From Cetorhinus maximus (taxonomy: Eukaryota), in contig NC_135880.1 of assembly GCF_964194155.1 (NCBI RefSeq), positions 172,980,001 through 173,044,000 of the forward strand: DNA of 64,000 nucleotides, in the 5' to 3' direction. The notes below the pieces were generated by a model. The model had not been told where the DNA came from. It searched no databases and worked only from the letters and a program-made list of their open reading frames with translations. The position numbers were made by a program, and so were the translations under genes. This document shows, one piece after another, positions 1 through 12,309 of this stretch (position 1 is the first letter of the stretch; each line of letters opens with the position of its first letter).

Positions 1-509
1 ACTTGTGAGTCTCAGCGCTTTCCATGGCCAGCACTATCTCTAGCGCCTTCTTGAAATCCAGATTCACTTGAGACAATAACTTTTTCTGAATAGTGTCCTC
101 TTTCACAGCACACACTAAACGGTCTCTGAGCATGTCGTTCAGAGTCGTACCAAACTCACAATGTTCCATTAGCTGCTTAAAATTTGCCACGTAGCATGCA
201 ATTTTCTCAACCGGGGCTCCATTTCATGAATTAAACCTGAACTTCTGCATCGTGACTGAGGGCTTGGGTTGAAAGTGACACTTTATGAGGTCCACCAATT
301 CATCAAAATTCTTCAAATCTGAGGGACTGAGTGCCATCAAACTTCGAATCAAACCACAGGTTTCGCTCCCACAGGTGCTCAAGAGCATCAGTCACCTCTC
401 CTCCACCTGTAATTGCGTTCGCTTGAAAAAAGATCTTGAGGTGTTCTATGAATTGAGACCAATTGTCTGTAGCTGGTTCAAAAGGATCAATTCTCCTATA
501 TTGTGGCAT
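1..509 (-). pseudogene. Ty3/Gypsy gag N-terminal region, frameshifted
   Basis: MPQYRRIDPFEPATDNWSQFIEHLKIFFQANAIT..., then in other frames NFDELVDLIKCHFQPKPSVTMQKFRFN and CEFGTTLNDMLRDRLVCAV, which are typical Gypsy gag motifs. It lies downstream of an LTR and PBS. Confidence 0.85.
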
Positions 510-566
510 TTTGGGAGAGGATACCTTCTTCAATTCTAACGGAGCTTGCTACTTACAATCACTGGC

Positions 567-939
567 TGAAAAGGAGTTCAAACACCCTCCGATCCCGAAG
601 AGACCACACGAGACTCAAGATTCTTTTCACTGGTTTATTCAAGCATATGCAGGGGAGCTGCATCCATTCGCAGAATGGTGTACAAACTCTCCGATTGATT
701 ACATTCCATTACTTTTGTACTAATTTCTTATCATAGTTCATTTGAATATACCAATTATTAGTTAACACATTTCTTACTCTAACATCATGATCCAATTGTA
801 CTCATCTACACGTGAGTAGGCTATCCTATTACATTCAAGGCACATCCATGTGATTATATTATCCAATTGCATTCAAAGCACGTATTCATGATTTCACCAT
901 CCAATCAGGATCAAGGCACATACAAATACCTTTGTCTCA
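567..939 (-). mobile_element. ERV-like solo LTR inserted in the Gypsy 5' leader (second copy 2505-2877)
   Basis: On the minus strand it starts TGAGACA and ends CCTTTTCA. It has repeated ATTGG boxes, a TACAAAAG TATA-like box, AATAAA, and a U5-like GTGTGGTCTC..GGAGGGT segment. No clear TSD. Confidence 0.55.
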
Positions 940-1080
940 GTAACTCAAGTCTACTTGTGGTTTATCAAAGCTTCTTCCTTGTCCACTGTTCTAGACTTTT
1001 ACCCCTTTCATCTCCTCCTTCACTGGACAAGTAACTGTGCCAATTTCTTTCTAATGTGATTTCTTCTGTTCAATTCTGTT

Positions 1081-1360
1081 TTATCCTCATCACCAGTTTG
1101 TTGTAGGGTGGCCAAGTTGCATTCTAAGCAATTATACGTAATGGAGTTGAACTGCAGACACGTCTTAAGTGTAAACATTAAGTTTATTTACAATGTACTC
1201 AGCAGCAACTACATGTGTGCTTTCAATCCCAACTCTATCTCTACACTGTTGAGGTAGCCTGCGTTACTCTCCTATTGGTTAGTACAGATCATGTGATCTT
1301 CTGTAACAAGTATTATTCCTAAAGGTACATTACACACTAAATAAAACCATAATTACTACA
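1081..1360 (-). mobile_element. Gypsy 5' LTR (1099-1360) and primer-binding site (about 1081-1098)
   Basis: Minus strand reads TGTAGT...TACAACA, followed by AACTGGTGATGAGG, which is a degenerate TGGCGACGAGG PBS. The LTR resembles the solo LTR at 63023-63343. Confidence 0.8.
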
Positions 1361-1852
1361 GTTGCACCGCAATTCTGTTCAATTACATTGTCCATGTTTC
1401 ACAAACCTGTTTTCAATAAATCTTGCCAAACTGAAAATATTAAGTCAGGTGCATAGCTGTACCCAGGCCTTTGGTGTGTCATGAAGGATTAAATCTGTTA
1501 CTTTAGATTTATAGTATTTTACACATGATGGTACACGTTCAAATATTAACTGAACAAAATCGCATTTAAATGGCAAAGAATTGCATCTTCCAAGTCCCTG
1601 ATGGAACATATTATTTGTGCCTCCAGAACAAGGGAGCATAACAATAAAATCAGAGCTAGAGCTTCTTCACACAAAGGGGCGTGAAAATCTGGAACTCTCC
1701 TTCAAAAAGCTTTTCTGGCCGAGGCTCAACACAAAATTGAAAACTGAGGTTGATAGAGTTTTGCTCAGCAAGGGTATTAAGTGTTACAGAACCAAGGCTG
1801 ATAAATGGAGTTAAGATAAAGATTGACAACGATCTGTCTGAGCAGTAGAATA

Positions 1853-2447
1853 AGGGTCTGTTTCCCAATTCTCGGTGGAGTCTCGCTTCCTCACATCCCT
1901 TTCGGCTGAGGTTTCCCGCCCAATGTGGAGGATGGCGCCATTTTGTGCACCCTTCATCTCTTGTGAGTCTCAGCGCTTTCCATGGCCAGCACTATCTCTC
2001 GCGCCTTCTTGAAATAACTTTTTCTGAATCGTGTCCTCTTTCACAGCACACACTAAACGGTCTCTGAGCATGTCGTTCAGAGTCGTACCAAACTCACAAT
2101 GTTCCGTTAGCTGCTTAAAATTTGCCATGTAGCATGCAATTTTCTCAACCGGGGCTCCATTTCATGAATTAAACCTGAACTTCTGCATCGTGACTGAGGG
2201 CTTGGGTTGAAAGTGACACTTTATGAGGTCCACCAATTCATCAAAATTCTTCAAATCTGAGGGACTGAGTGCCATCAAACTTCGAATCAAACCACAGGTT
2301 TCGCTCCCACAGGTGCTCAAGAGCATCAGTCACCTCTCCTCCACCTGTAATTGCGTTCGCTTGAAAAAAGATCTTGAGGTGTTCTATGAATTGAGACCAA
2401 TTGTCTGTAGCTGGTTCAAAAGGATCAATTCTCCCATATTGTGGCAT
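1853..2447 (-). pseudogene. Gypsy gag, duplicate copy truncated at the duplication junction
   Basis: ORF 2241-2471 is almost identical to 303-533 and continues to the junction at 1853. Confidence 0.85.
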
Positions 2448-3018
2448 TTTGGGAGAGGATACCTTCTTCAATTCTAACGGAGCTTGCTACTTACAATCAC
2501 TGGCTGAAAGGGAGTTCAAACACCCTCCGATCCCGAAGAGACCACACGAAACTCAAGATTCTTTTCACTGGTTTATTCAAGCATATGCAGGGGAGCTGCA
2601 TCCACTCACAGAATGGTGTACAAACTCTCCGATTGATTACATTCCATTACTTTTGTACTAATTGCTTATCATAGTTCATTTGAATATACCAATTATTAGT
2701 TAACACATTTCTTACTCTAACATCATGATCCAATTGTACTCATCTACACGTGAGTAGGCTATCCTATTACATTCAAGGCACATCCATGTGATTATATTAT
2801 CCAATTGCATTCAAAGCACGTATTCATGATTTTACCATCCAATCAGGATCAAGGCACATACACATACCTTTGTCTCAGTAACTCAAGTCTACTTGTGGTT
2901 TATCAAAGCTTCTTCCTTGTCCATTGTTCTAGTCTTTTACCGCTTTCATCTGCTCCTTCACTGGGCAAGTAACTGTGCCAATTTCTTTGTAACATGATTT
3001 CTTCTGTTCAATTCTGTT

Positions 3019-3298
3019 TTATCCTCAATGCCAGTTTGTTGTAGGGTGGCCAAGTTGCATTCTAAGCAATTATACGTAATGGAGTTGAACTGCAGACACG
3101 TCTTAAGTGTAAACATCAAGTTTATTTACAATGTACTCAGCAGCAACTACACGTGTGCTTTCAATCCCAACTCTATCTCTACACTGCTGAGGTTGCTTGC
3201 GTTACTCTTCTATTGGTTACTACAGATCATGTGATCTTCTGTAACAAGTATTATTCCTAAAGGTACATTACACACTAAATAAAACCATAATTACTACA
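3019..3298 (-). mobile_element. Gypsy LTR (3037-3298) and PBS, duplicate copy
   Basis: Copy of 1081-1360 at offset 1938. Confidence 0.8.
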
Positions 3299-3589
3299 GT
3301 TGCACCTCAATTCTGTTCAATTACATTGTCCATGTTTCACAAACCTGTTTTCAATAAATCTTGCCAAACTGAAAATATTAAGTCAGGTGCATAGCTGTAC
3401 CCAGGGCTTTGGTGTGTCATGAAGGATTAAATCTGTTACTTTAGATTTATAGTATTTTACACATGATGGTACACGTTCAAATATTAACTGAACAAAATCA
3501 CATTTAAATGGCAAAGAATTGCATCTTCCAAGTCCCTGATGGAACGTATTATTTGTGCCTCCAGAACAAGGGAGCATAACAATAAAATC

Positions 3590-3840
3590 AGAGCTAGAGC
3601 TTCTTTACACAAAGGGGCGTGAAAATCTGGAACTCTCCTTCAAAAAGCTGTTCTGGCCGAGGCTTAATTGAAAATTGAAAACTGAGGTTGATAGAGTTTT
3701 GCTCAGCAAGGGTATTAAGTGTTACAGAACCAAGGCTGATAAATGGAGTTAAGATACAGATTGACAATGATCTGACTGAGCAGTAGAATAGACTTAAGGG
3801 GCAGAATGGCCTACGTCTGTTCCTTTATTTCTATGTTCCC
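3590..3840 (+). mobile_element. CR1/HER1-like LINE 3' end (truncated duplicate at about 1650-1852)
   Basis: gtgaaaatctggaactctc...gatagagtttt...aagggtattaag...ggggcagaatggcctac...ttctatgttc tail, which recurs throughout the window. Confidence 0.7.
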
Positions 3841-4274
3841 ACAGTGATGCCTGGAAATCTTTATTGGCAAGTTAAACCATGCAGAAAGCGGGGAAAATAA
3901 GAAGAATATAGAATAGAAAGAATGTTTTATTATCTTTACACTGTGCTTGTAATGAGTGCCTATTGTTTGTGGAATGCAGTTTTCTGCTGTGATATTACTT
4001 TCTGTTATGTGATGGCTCACTGTATATTCTTATGCCATGAGTTACTTCAATGAGATGACCTTTTATTAAAAAGGGTAAATGTGAAGACTGTCTACAAAGT
4101 GTCCTGTTTACATCTTTGGATTTCTTCTGGCTCTTGACTCTTGCCTCTTTCTGGCACGGAAGACCGAGCAGATGTACCAGGAATGCCCTATACCATTGGC
4201 ACGGGGAAGATACTGCTTTCTAGATCATTTTGTGACATTTATGAAGAGTTTAGTCCTGGCCCTCTCCTACTGCA

Positions 4275-4762
4275 AAATTGAGAGACAGATGTCGAGGCAC
4301 AGGAGAAGATGCAAAAAAACGATTTCCAAGCATTGCACCAGAAATGAGAGGATACTCTTGTCAGGAAAGGCTAAAGAGGCTGGGACTCTTTTCTACAGGA
4401 ATGAGAAGGCTGACTGTAAATATAATAGAAGAGTTTGATAGGGTACACATAGTGAATATGTTTCCACTTGTGGGGTGCCACAAAACAAGGAGGATAATTA
4501 TAAGACAGTCACTGATAAATCCAATAGGGAATTCAGAAACTTCGTTACACAGAGAGTAGTTAGAATGTAGAACTCGTTAGTACAAAGAGTACTGAGACAA
4601 ATAGCAGGGGTATATTTAAAGGGAAGTTAGATAAGCACACAAGTGAGGAAAGAATTGAAGAATATGTTGATAGAGTGAGATGAAGATGCATGTGAAGTGG
4701 CCAGTGTAGAACATTGGCATAGGCCAGATGAGCTGAATGGCCTTTGTATTGTAGACTCCATG
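4275..4762 (+). mobile_element. CR1-type LINE 3' fragment
   Basis: Translation MRGYSCQERLKRLGLFS...RRL matches the CR1 ORF2 C-terminus, followed by a 3' UTR. Confidence 0.75.
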
Positions 4763-6399
4763 ATGCAGCTGCAAGATAGATGGAAGAGTTTGAGGCTGAT
4801 TTCTCCCTTCGCCTGCTGTTTTTACATACTGTGCTTGCACAAGATCTATGAATCACTGGCTAGTAGTTGCCTACACCTTGGCTGCAATCTCATTGAGGCT
4901 GGTCACCAAATTACTGAGAGAATTCATGAGAGATTTCTTTCCCATGTCATGTGTGGAAATGGCCTGAGCCATCCTTGTTTCTGCTGGCTCCACAAATGTA
5001 AGATGAAAATGTACATTTTAAGGCCTCGTTCCTTCTCTTCCTCAGGCCTCACTGTGCAAAGAAAGGGTGATATTCACTTTTGGTCAGCTAACTCTTGGGT
5101 CTTACTATCTCCTCCACATGAAGGGGAGTGAAAAGACTGGAGCCACTTCAAGGCCTGGGCATTATTTAAATCGGAATAACAAGCTGCAGGGTGCTAATTG
5201 GGCATGCAGTTTTGGCATGCTGATTGGAGCCAGTGTAATTGGGCAGCCTGAGTGACAGCAGGGCAATCCCCGTATGGGGCTTTGCGATCGCAGAGCGGTG
5301 CTGGGGTGGAGGGTGGGTTGGGGTTGCGGAGGTGATTCTGGGTTGAGGCCAGCACCCACATTCTTTCCACGGGGCCCAAAGAAATGCCCCTTCAAAATAT
5401 TTAGAAAGGTACCATTTTTTGGGCTTCTTCAGTTGCATTGTCGATAACACTAATCTGAGAGTGTATGGCTCACAATCCACTGATTTGTGTTCAACAATGG
5501 CATTCAATGTTCTATCTGCAGTATATGACCCTAATTTACATTCATTGTCACTGCAGTCTGACACAGATTTGCTTTGGTCAACCAGTGACAGGCCCCTTTA
5601 ACAATAGCAGTGGTCTGAGTATCGCTGTTAGGGGAGTAATGAAAATTTATTGACCTCATTTTGAGATTGTTACCATCTTCTAACAACAATCTGCCTGAGT
5701 TAAAATCCAGCTCCAATGTGTGCTGTTAAAATGCTCCCTGGGTCCTATACAGGCCATAGGATCCTTATTAACCAATGTTAATGAGGCTCCTCCCTGACCG
5801 CCTCATGTACCAGGAAATAAACAAGAGGGCTACATTCGCTGTTGGCTAGTAATAGGGCCTTTCTGATTTTAACCCTTGTTCTGCCCAGTTGGTGCTCAGC
5901 TGATGAGGAAAAATTCCAACCTTAAATTTCCACCAGGAGTCCAGAGCAAATAGGATATTCAAGGAAACAAGAGAGAAAATCAGCAAAGCATTGATTCATT
6001 TTCTGTTGGAATTTCATAAGTCCTGCAATTGTCAGCTGGGACAATAAGACAGAAGAGTGAGACATGAATTAGAGGCCAGTAAAGCTAACATCCTAATTGA
6101 GGGGGAATTTATGGCTTGCTATAAATATTTAACTAATGATTGCAGAGGGCCTCAGGGAGTTGTCAAACATGACTGGAAACATTAACTAAGGAGGACTATC
6201 CAGCAAGTACAACTTATTTGGATTTTAAAAAGGCATTGGATAGTCTGTGAATGAGTCTTAACAATGACATCAACTTGTATTTATATGATGCATTCCTTAA
6301 AGAGTATGAGTGGAACTTTGGATTTTTTGTGGTAGTTTTCCTGATCAATCTTATGGTGTCAGCCCATTAATAATAATATTTATTATTGAATTAAGGCCA

Positions 6400-6800
6400 C
6401 ATATCCCCTCCATCACCAAGACCACTTAATTCCACCTATATAATAGCGGCAAACTCCATCCCTGTCTTAGTGCCTCTGCTGCTGAAACCCTCATCCATAC
6501 CTTTGTTACCTCTGGGCCTAACTGTTGCACTGTTCTTCTGGCTGTTCTCCCATCTCCCATCTCCCACCCTATATACAAATGAGCTCAACCAAAACTCTGC
6601 TGCCCGTATCCTAACTTGCGCCAAGTCCTGTTTGCACATCACTCTTATGCTCTCTGACTTATATGCTCCCAGTTCAATGCACCTCAAATTTAAAATTTTC
6701 ATCTTTGTTTTCAAATTTCTTCGTGCTCTCACCCCTCCCTGTCTCTGTAGCAACCTCCAGCTCTACAATCCCCCTTTGAAATCTCTGCTCTCTTATTCTA
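6400..6800 (+). mobile_element. L2 LINE ORF2 C-terminal fragment
   Basis: AETLIHTFVTS and QNSAARILT...HITLMLSDL...FKIFIFVFK motifs. Confidence 0.8.
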
Positions 6801-6939
6801 GTCCCTTGAACTTCCTTGGTTAAACTCTATTTAGAGTATTGCATCCAGATCTGGGCAATTGACCTCAGGGTGATGTATTGGCTTTGGAAAAGATGCAATG
6901 CAATTTCACCAGGATGATAAGGGTTCGCTCTCTCTCGCC

Positions 6940-7640
6940 AGGTACCATGCTCTAAGAGGGCATTGACAGATATGGACTTCTATGTTAATCTTGCTCTAGA
7001 GGCATGGATCATCTTCATTGAAGGTACATTCATCCAGTTTGTGAGGCTTTTCAAAAATGTTGTTCTTTGTCTACCTCAATCTCTTTTACCATCGATCTTT
7101 CCAATCCGCATCAGGCTTTCAAAATCATGATTTCTTATGACATGCCCAAGAAATTCCAATTATCTCTCCCTGATCTTGACCAATAGAGTTCCTTTGGTCT
7201 CAGATTTTGCTAGCACCTCTTCATTGGTAGTGTGGCTTGTCCAAGATATCGTCACGATTTGACTTATTCAGCCTCAATTCTTCTCTGCATTGCTTCACTG
7301 CCTGTCCAAAACTTGCTTGGCGCAAGTTAGGATATGGGCAGCAGAGTTCTGGTCGGGCTCAACTGTATGTCGGGTGGGAGATGGGAGACCTGCCAGAAGA
7401 GCAGTGCAACAGTCAAGTCTAGAGGTAACAAAGGCGTGGCTAGAGGTATGACAAAATTGGCATGATGAAGCATTCCAGGAGTCTCAGCTTTGTTTCCATG
7501 GCTAATTTTGAGTTGATCATAATCTATTTCATTGCTTGAAATGCATCTCGGCCATTCCAATCCTTCATCTTATTTCTTGGCCGCACCTCCTGTCTGATGT
7601 CAACGTGCTTCCTAGGTAGCAAAATGTCTCGATTTGTTTT
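6940..7640 (-). mobile_element. RTE-clade LINE fragment
   Basis: Degenerate minus-strand RT C-terminal motifs (FCYLGS, AEMHF, LEFLGHVIRNHDFESL..GKIDGKR). Confidence 0.6.
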
Positions 7641-9045
7641 TTTATCTTTTCACTCTTCACTGTGATCTTACATTCTGGTGTGAGTTTCTTTTTGGACACT
7701 TTGTTTTCTTATTTTTCTATGTTTTCTCAACATTTTGTTTTCCTATAATTTATGCTCAGCCCTTTCTGCTCATTTTCACTCATTATCTAAAATCTTTTGC
7801 AGTTTCACTCCAAAGTTGGCAATAAGAACAGTGCCATCAACGCATCTTTTAATAAGATTGTAACCTCCAGTTCATAACCCAGGAATCAATCTCTCTCAGG
7901 ATATTTTCACTACACAAACTGAATAAATCTTGGGAGAAAACAAACTTTTAATCTTCTCAAAATCACTTAGGTAAGGGTTACAATGGGTTAAGTTATATGG
8001 ACAAGTTGCATAGACTGGCTTGTATTTGCATGTGTAAGGAAGATTTACAGGTGACCTTATTGCGGTATTTAAGACGATTGATGTATTTGATAGCGTTAAT
8101 AGAGATAAACCACTTCCTTTGACAGGGGTTGGGGAGGGAGAACAATTTTAAAGTTAGAGCTAGGCAGTTGCTGTCAGGAAGCACTTCCTCAAACAAAGGG
8201 TCGTGGAAATCTAGAGCTGTCTCCTTCAAAAAGCTATTGCTTCTGCTTTAGTTGTGTCAGCATCACAGGCTAATATCTGTATTCTGCCAACATTTATATT
8301 GGTAATGCTAGCTAAATCAAGCATGACCTGCTGTGATGGTAGTCTTGATAACAAAACAGATTAAATGGAAAAAATCTAAAGGTGGATGTTGAAGGTTTCA
8401 AGTGATGAGGCTGGGACCATTTCCTCTGGCAGCTTGTTCCATTGTGGGATTATCCTTGGGAAGAAAGATTGTTGATAGAGTGTCTTGAAAACTGTTAATA
8501 TGGACAAGCCAGATTCCAGAGTGAAACCTTGCTTGATAGATCCTAACTTTTTAACAGAAGCCATAGAGGAAAGTTGCTGAACAAATTCATAAGAGTCTGT
8601 TGATGAACTTTTAACACAACAAATGAAATATTTATTAAACAAGGAAAATGAACTATGCTACACCAGACAAAAAATATCTCAATGCTAGCACAAAAAGATG
8701 CTTCAAATTCACACTATTGCTTGACCCTAGAAATATCTTTATAGACACATAAACCAGTGAAGGGTTACAAACAGCTTGACACAAAGGTTTCTTGCTTGGG
8801 GCCTACACACTTGCAAATAGTTTTCTTCCAGTGAATTCCTGAATTTTCACTCGATGCTTTTCACCCAACTTGTATCTCCCCCCGAGACACCCAAAAACCA
8901 CACTCCAAACTCATTGTTCTTCAGAACAAACAAATGAGTTCCCTAAACTTAGTCTTCCAGTAGCCCTTCTGCTAAACTGATCACTTTACTGAGTTCTATA
9001 ACTGACTATTCAGTCAGCTACTGTCCCCAATAGCCTTGTAGTCTT

Positions 9046-9118
9046 AAATAAAAACAGATAATGCTGGAAAAACTCAGCAGGCCTGACAGTATCTATGGAG
9101 AGAGAAACAAGAGTTAGC
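9046..9118 (-). mobile_element. Short Penelope pseudo-LTR fragment with 15-bp TSD
   Basis: TSD TAGCCTTGTAGTCTT at 9031-9045 and 9119-9133. The sequence aatgctggaaaaactcagcagg matches the other Penelope ends. Confidence 0.85.
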
Positions 9119-11088
9119 TAGCCTTGTAGTCTTTCTTAGCAGAGAGCTTAAAATCCCTGTCTTCTTGCTCTGACACACACTGAACTCCCTCCCCTGTCTT
9201 TTCACTGTGTCTGTGTCGCTTGGCCACAGTCGCTAGGCAACAATAATGGTTTTCTTGCTTTGTATTTTTCTCCCCATAACCACTAAACTTTTAATCCCTT
9301 TTAACCCAGGGCCAAGATTTCATGCTCCCCCACCAGCGGGTTTTTAGACAAGAGAGTGTGGGAGATTGAAGGAATGGGATTCCCTCTGGTTTCCCACCCG
9401 CTCCGACTGCACAGCAATTTCACATAGGGGCAGGCAAGCCTCAGACAGGAAGCCCACGCTTGCCCCAGCTGAGGCCCTTAAATGGCCAATCATTGGCCAC
9501 TTAGGGGCCGTTTCCCACCCAGCCTCAATTTTTAGGCTGGCGGGAGGATTGAACTTCTGTTGGTGAGGCCTGTAAATGAAGAGTTACATCTTGGGTGGCA
9601 AGGGCAGGGAGGGGTGCGCCTCTATCAGAAGCCCCTTTTGAAGTCAAGTGACCCCGCTCCTAAGGTCTGGTGACCTTCAGACCTCCCTCCCCCACCAGCC
9701 CCTGGCCTCTCCCCCCAAGACCCCAATTACTGCCCTTTGCGCCCCTGTACACCCCCAAGGCCTTCCCTGTCCTGCCCACCCTGCAACCCTTTGTACTTAC
9801 CTGGGCCTCTGGTGCCCATATTTAGGGCGGAATTTTCCATGCCCGCTTGCCATGGGCATGATAGATGGCATGAGTGGACAATATGGCGCGATCGGTTTCA
9901 CAACGGTGGGAAGGCAGGTTGCGATTGTCCGCCCAACCCGCCAATGGCGGGCCGCGTTTCCCGCCATCGGTCATCGGGAACCTCATTATAATACATCAGC
10001 ACATCATTATCAGGCTAGCCCGCTAGGCTCTTGCACCCCCACTGGTTCGTCCGACCATGTCTGTGGGAAAGCACGCCTACTTGTTTCACAACAGCGCAGA
10101 GGCGACATGCACTTGGCTGCCTGCACTTTGGGCGAACTGGAGGTGAGTGCACAGCAACGTCCTGCAGAGCTCGCCAGGGTCACCTGTTGCTTTGCAGGCT
10201 TCAGGGGTACCAGGGGGGTTCTGGGTTAAGTGCCGCCCTGCCCGACTGGTGGTGGCGGTGGTGGGGGGGGGGTTGGGAATCAGGGGGCAAGCGCAGCCCA
10301 GTCTCTGAGGCGACTTTTGAGGGTGAGGGGGAGCAGGGGGCAAGAGCAGCCTTGACATTGAGGTGACTTGTGAGGGAGGGACAAGTGCAGTCTTACATTT
10401 GAGGTGAATGGTGCCGGGGGGCGGAGGGTGGTGGTTAAGGGGAGCCCAGCCCCTGAGGCGACTGGTGGCAGGGGGCGGGGGATGCAAGGGCAGCCCTGCC
10501 ATTGAATGTAGCACACAAGCATTCAGGGTGGGGGGTGGTGGGTGAGGGAAGCGGCCAAGCATTTGGGAAAACTGTAGAAAGTGACCTCTCCTCTGCAACT
10601 GAGACAGTTCAGGTGCAGCCACATTGATGTGATTAGAGTCGGGCCTCTAGCTTATCTGCCCACTCAAGCAACGCAGAGGTACCAAAGTGTCACCAAGTGC
10701 TCCAGAGCACCCCTCCCACCAGCCCCCCTGCTCCCCCCCGCCCCCCCCACCCAGCCCCGCCACTGGTACAGACTGCAAATTCATGAGTACTTTAGTGGAC
10801 AGCAGAACAGTTGGACTGCACTCATTGTACAATCTCTTCGCTAAAGCTGGCCATGGAGCCACCACTGCTGGAGCCGCTCACAGCCTCTTGCATGGCAGAC
10901 CAGTCTCCCCCACGGTTCAAGTTAACAGGGCAGCCATGCAGTGCACTAATCCCTGGCTATCCAAGTGGTGGCCAGCACTCTTCAGGAAACGTAAAGGGAC
11001 CACACACTTAACTAGGACAGGTTCTTAGTATGCCCATATTAATCATGTGTCTCTCTCTTTCAGCCTGCAGGAGGAGTACATCCGGATC

Positions 11089-12309
11089 AGGGAGCCTGGT
11101 GAACTAGCTGTATGACTGATGGTCCACAGAGCATGAAGAAGATGGAGGAGAGAGTGATTAAGAGGCAGGAGCAGCAACCTCCGGAAGAAGGGGCGGCTGG
11201 GCCTCCCGCACACACCGCCCAAGAGCCACAGCGAGCTGTCGCTGGCTGGCGCCTAGTGACACCCAGGGTCTATAGACGCTGCCTTTCATTCCTGCAGATG
11301 ACCAAGAACCAGTGTTGCCAAAGACTGTGAATGTCTAGGGAACTGGTCACTCACATCTGCCACTTGCTGCAGGATTTGGCACCAAGGGGACATGGAGGGC
11401 ATCCACTGCCAGTGACCGTGAAAGTGACAGTGGTGCTCAAGTTCTATGCCAGTGGCTCCTTTCGGGGCTGCACAGGTGACCTCTGTGGGATTTCACAATC
11501 TGCCACCCACAAATGCATCCATGAGGTCACGGATGCCATCTTCAAAAGGGCACACAACTTTGTGCATTTCGCCCAGGTCTAGGACAGCCAGGATGCAAGG
11601 GCCATTGGATTTGCCCAGGTCTTGGGTTTCTCACAGGTACAGGGTACGATTGACTGCACTCATGTGGCGCTCAGATCTCTGTCACAACACATGGTGGACT
11701 ACATCAATCTCAAGGGTTCCATTCGCTGAATGTGCAGCTGCCTGTCTGATGACCACAAACGCATCCTGCAGGTGCGTGCAAGGTTTGCAGGGAGTGTGCA
11801 CGACACCTACATTCTCAGTCGGTCACAGATCCCTGGAGTCTTCCAGGGTCCACAGAAGCTGCAGGGATGGCTCCTCAGGGACAAGGGCTACCTGCAAAGG
11901 CCATGTCTTATGACATCCATGCAGCCTCAGACTGTAGCAGAGTGACGGTATTATGAGGCTCATGCTGCAAATTGCAACTTGGTGGAGCAGGCCATTGGTA
12001 TGCTAAAGATGGGGTTCTGGTGCCTGGACCAGTCTGGTGGAACTCTGCAATATAGTCCACAGAGGGTGTCACGCATCATCATCGTCTGCTGTGCCCTTTA
12101 CAACCTGGCGCTCCAACAGGGAGATGGGCTGACTGAGAAGGGATGGTGAAGCTGCACATCTCCTCCGATGAGGAGAACGCTGATGGGGATGAGGCCTTGG
12201 AGGCAATGATGACGATGATGAGGCCCTTGCACTGGCCAGATGAGGCAGGCGTGCTCGGGAGGCCCTCATAGCTGCTAGATTTGTGGAGAATGATGACGAC
12301 ATGCAGTGA
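11089..12309 (+). pseudogene. Harbinger DDE transposase (HARBI1-like family), with stops and frameshifts
   Basis: KFYASGSF..GDLCGISQS, VQGTIDCTHV, GSVHDTYIL, GWLLRDKGY, VEQAIGMLK and CCALYN motifs. A splice acceptor ctctctttcag lies just upstream. Confidence 0.92.

Larger units (their letters stand above)
1..3790. repeat. Tandem duplication, unit ~1938 bp (copy 1 runs off the window start to 1852; copy 2 is 1853-3790)
   Basis: ORFs recur at offset 1938 (285/2223, 303/2241, 463/2401, 1445/3383). The copies diverge after ...gcagtagaata at 1852 and 3790. They differ by scattered substitutions and a 20-bp deletion in copy 2 (ttgaaa[tccagattcacttgagacaa]taac). Confidence 0.95.

Noticed and set aside
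4697-5131. 144-aa ORF as a host exon
   Set aside because: It starts in a LINE 3' UTR, has no recognisable domain and lacks convincing splice context.
9648-11028. Long GC-rich ORFs (193, 178, 113 and 111 aa)
   Set aside because: Low-complexity Pro/Gly-rich translations of MITE and Harbinger non-coding arms with no recognisable domain.
11089-12309. Host HARBI1 gene (also considered for 46852-48053)
   Set aside because: Both copies have stops or frameshifts and sit inside TIR-bounded elements with a Myb partner, so they are transposon copies rather than the domesticated gene.
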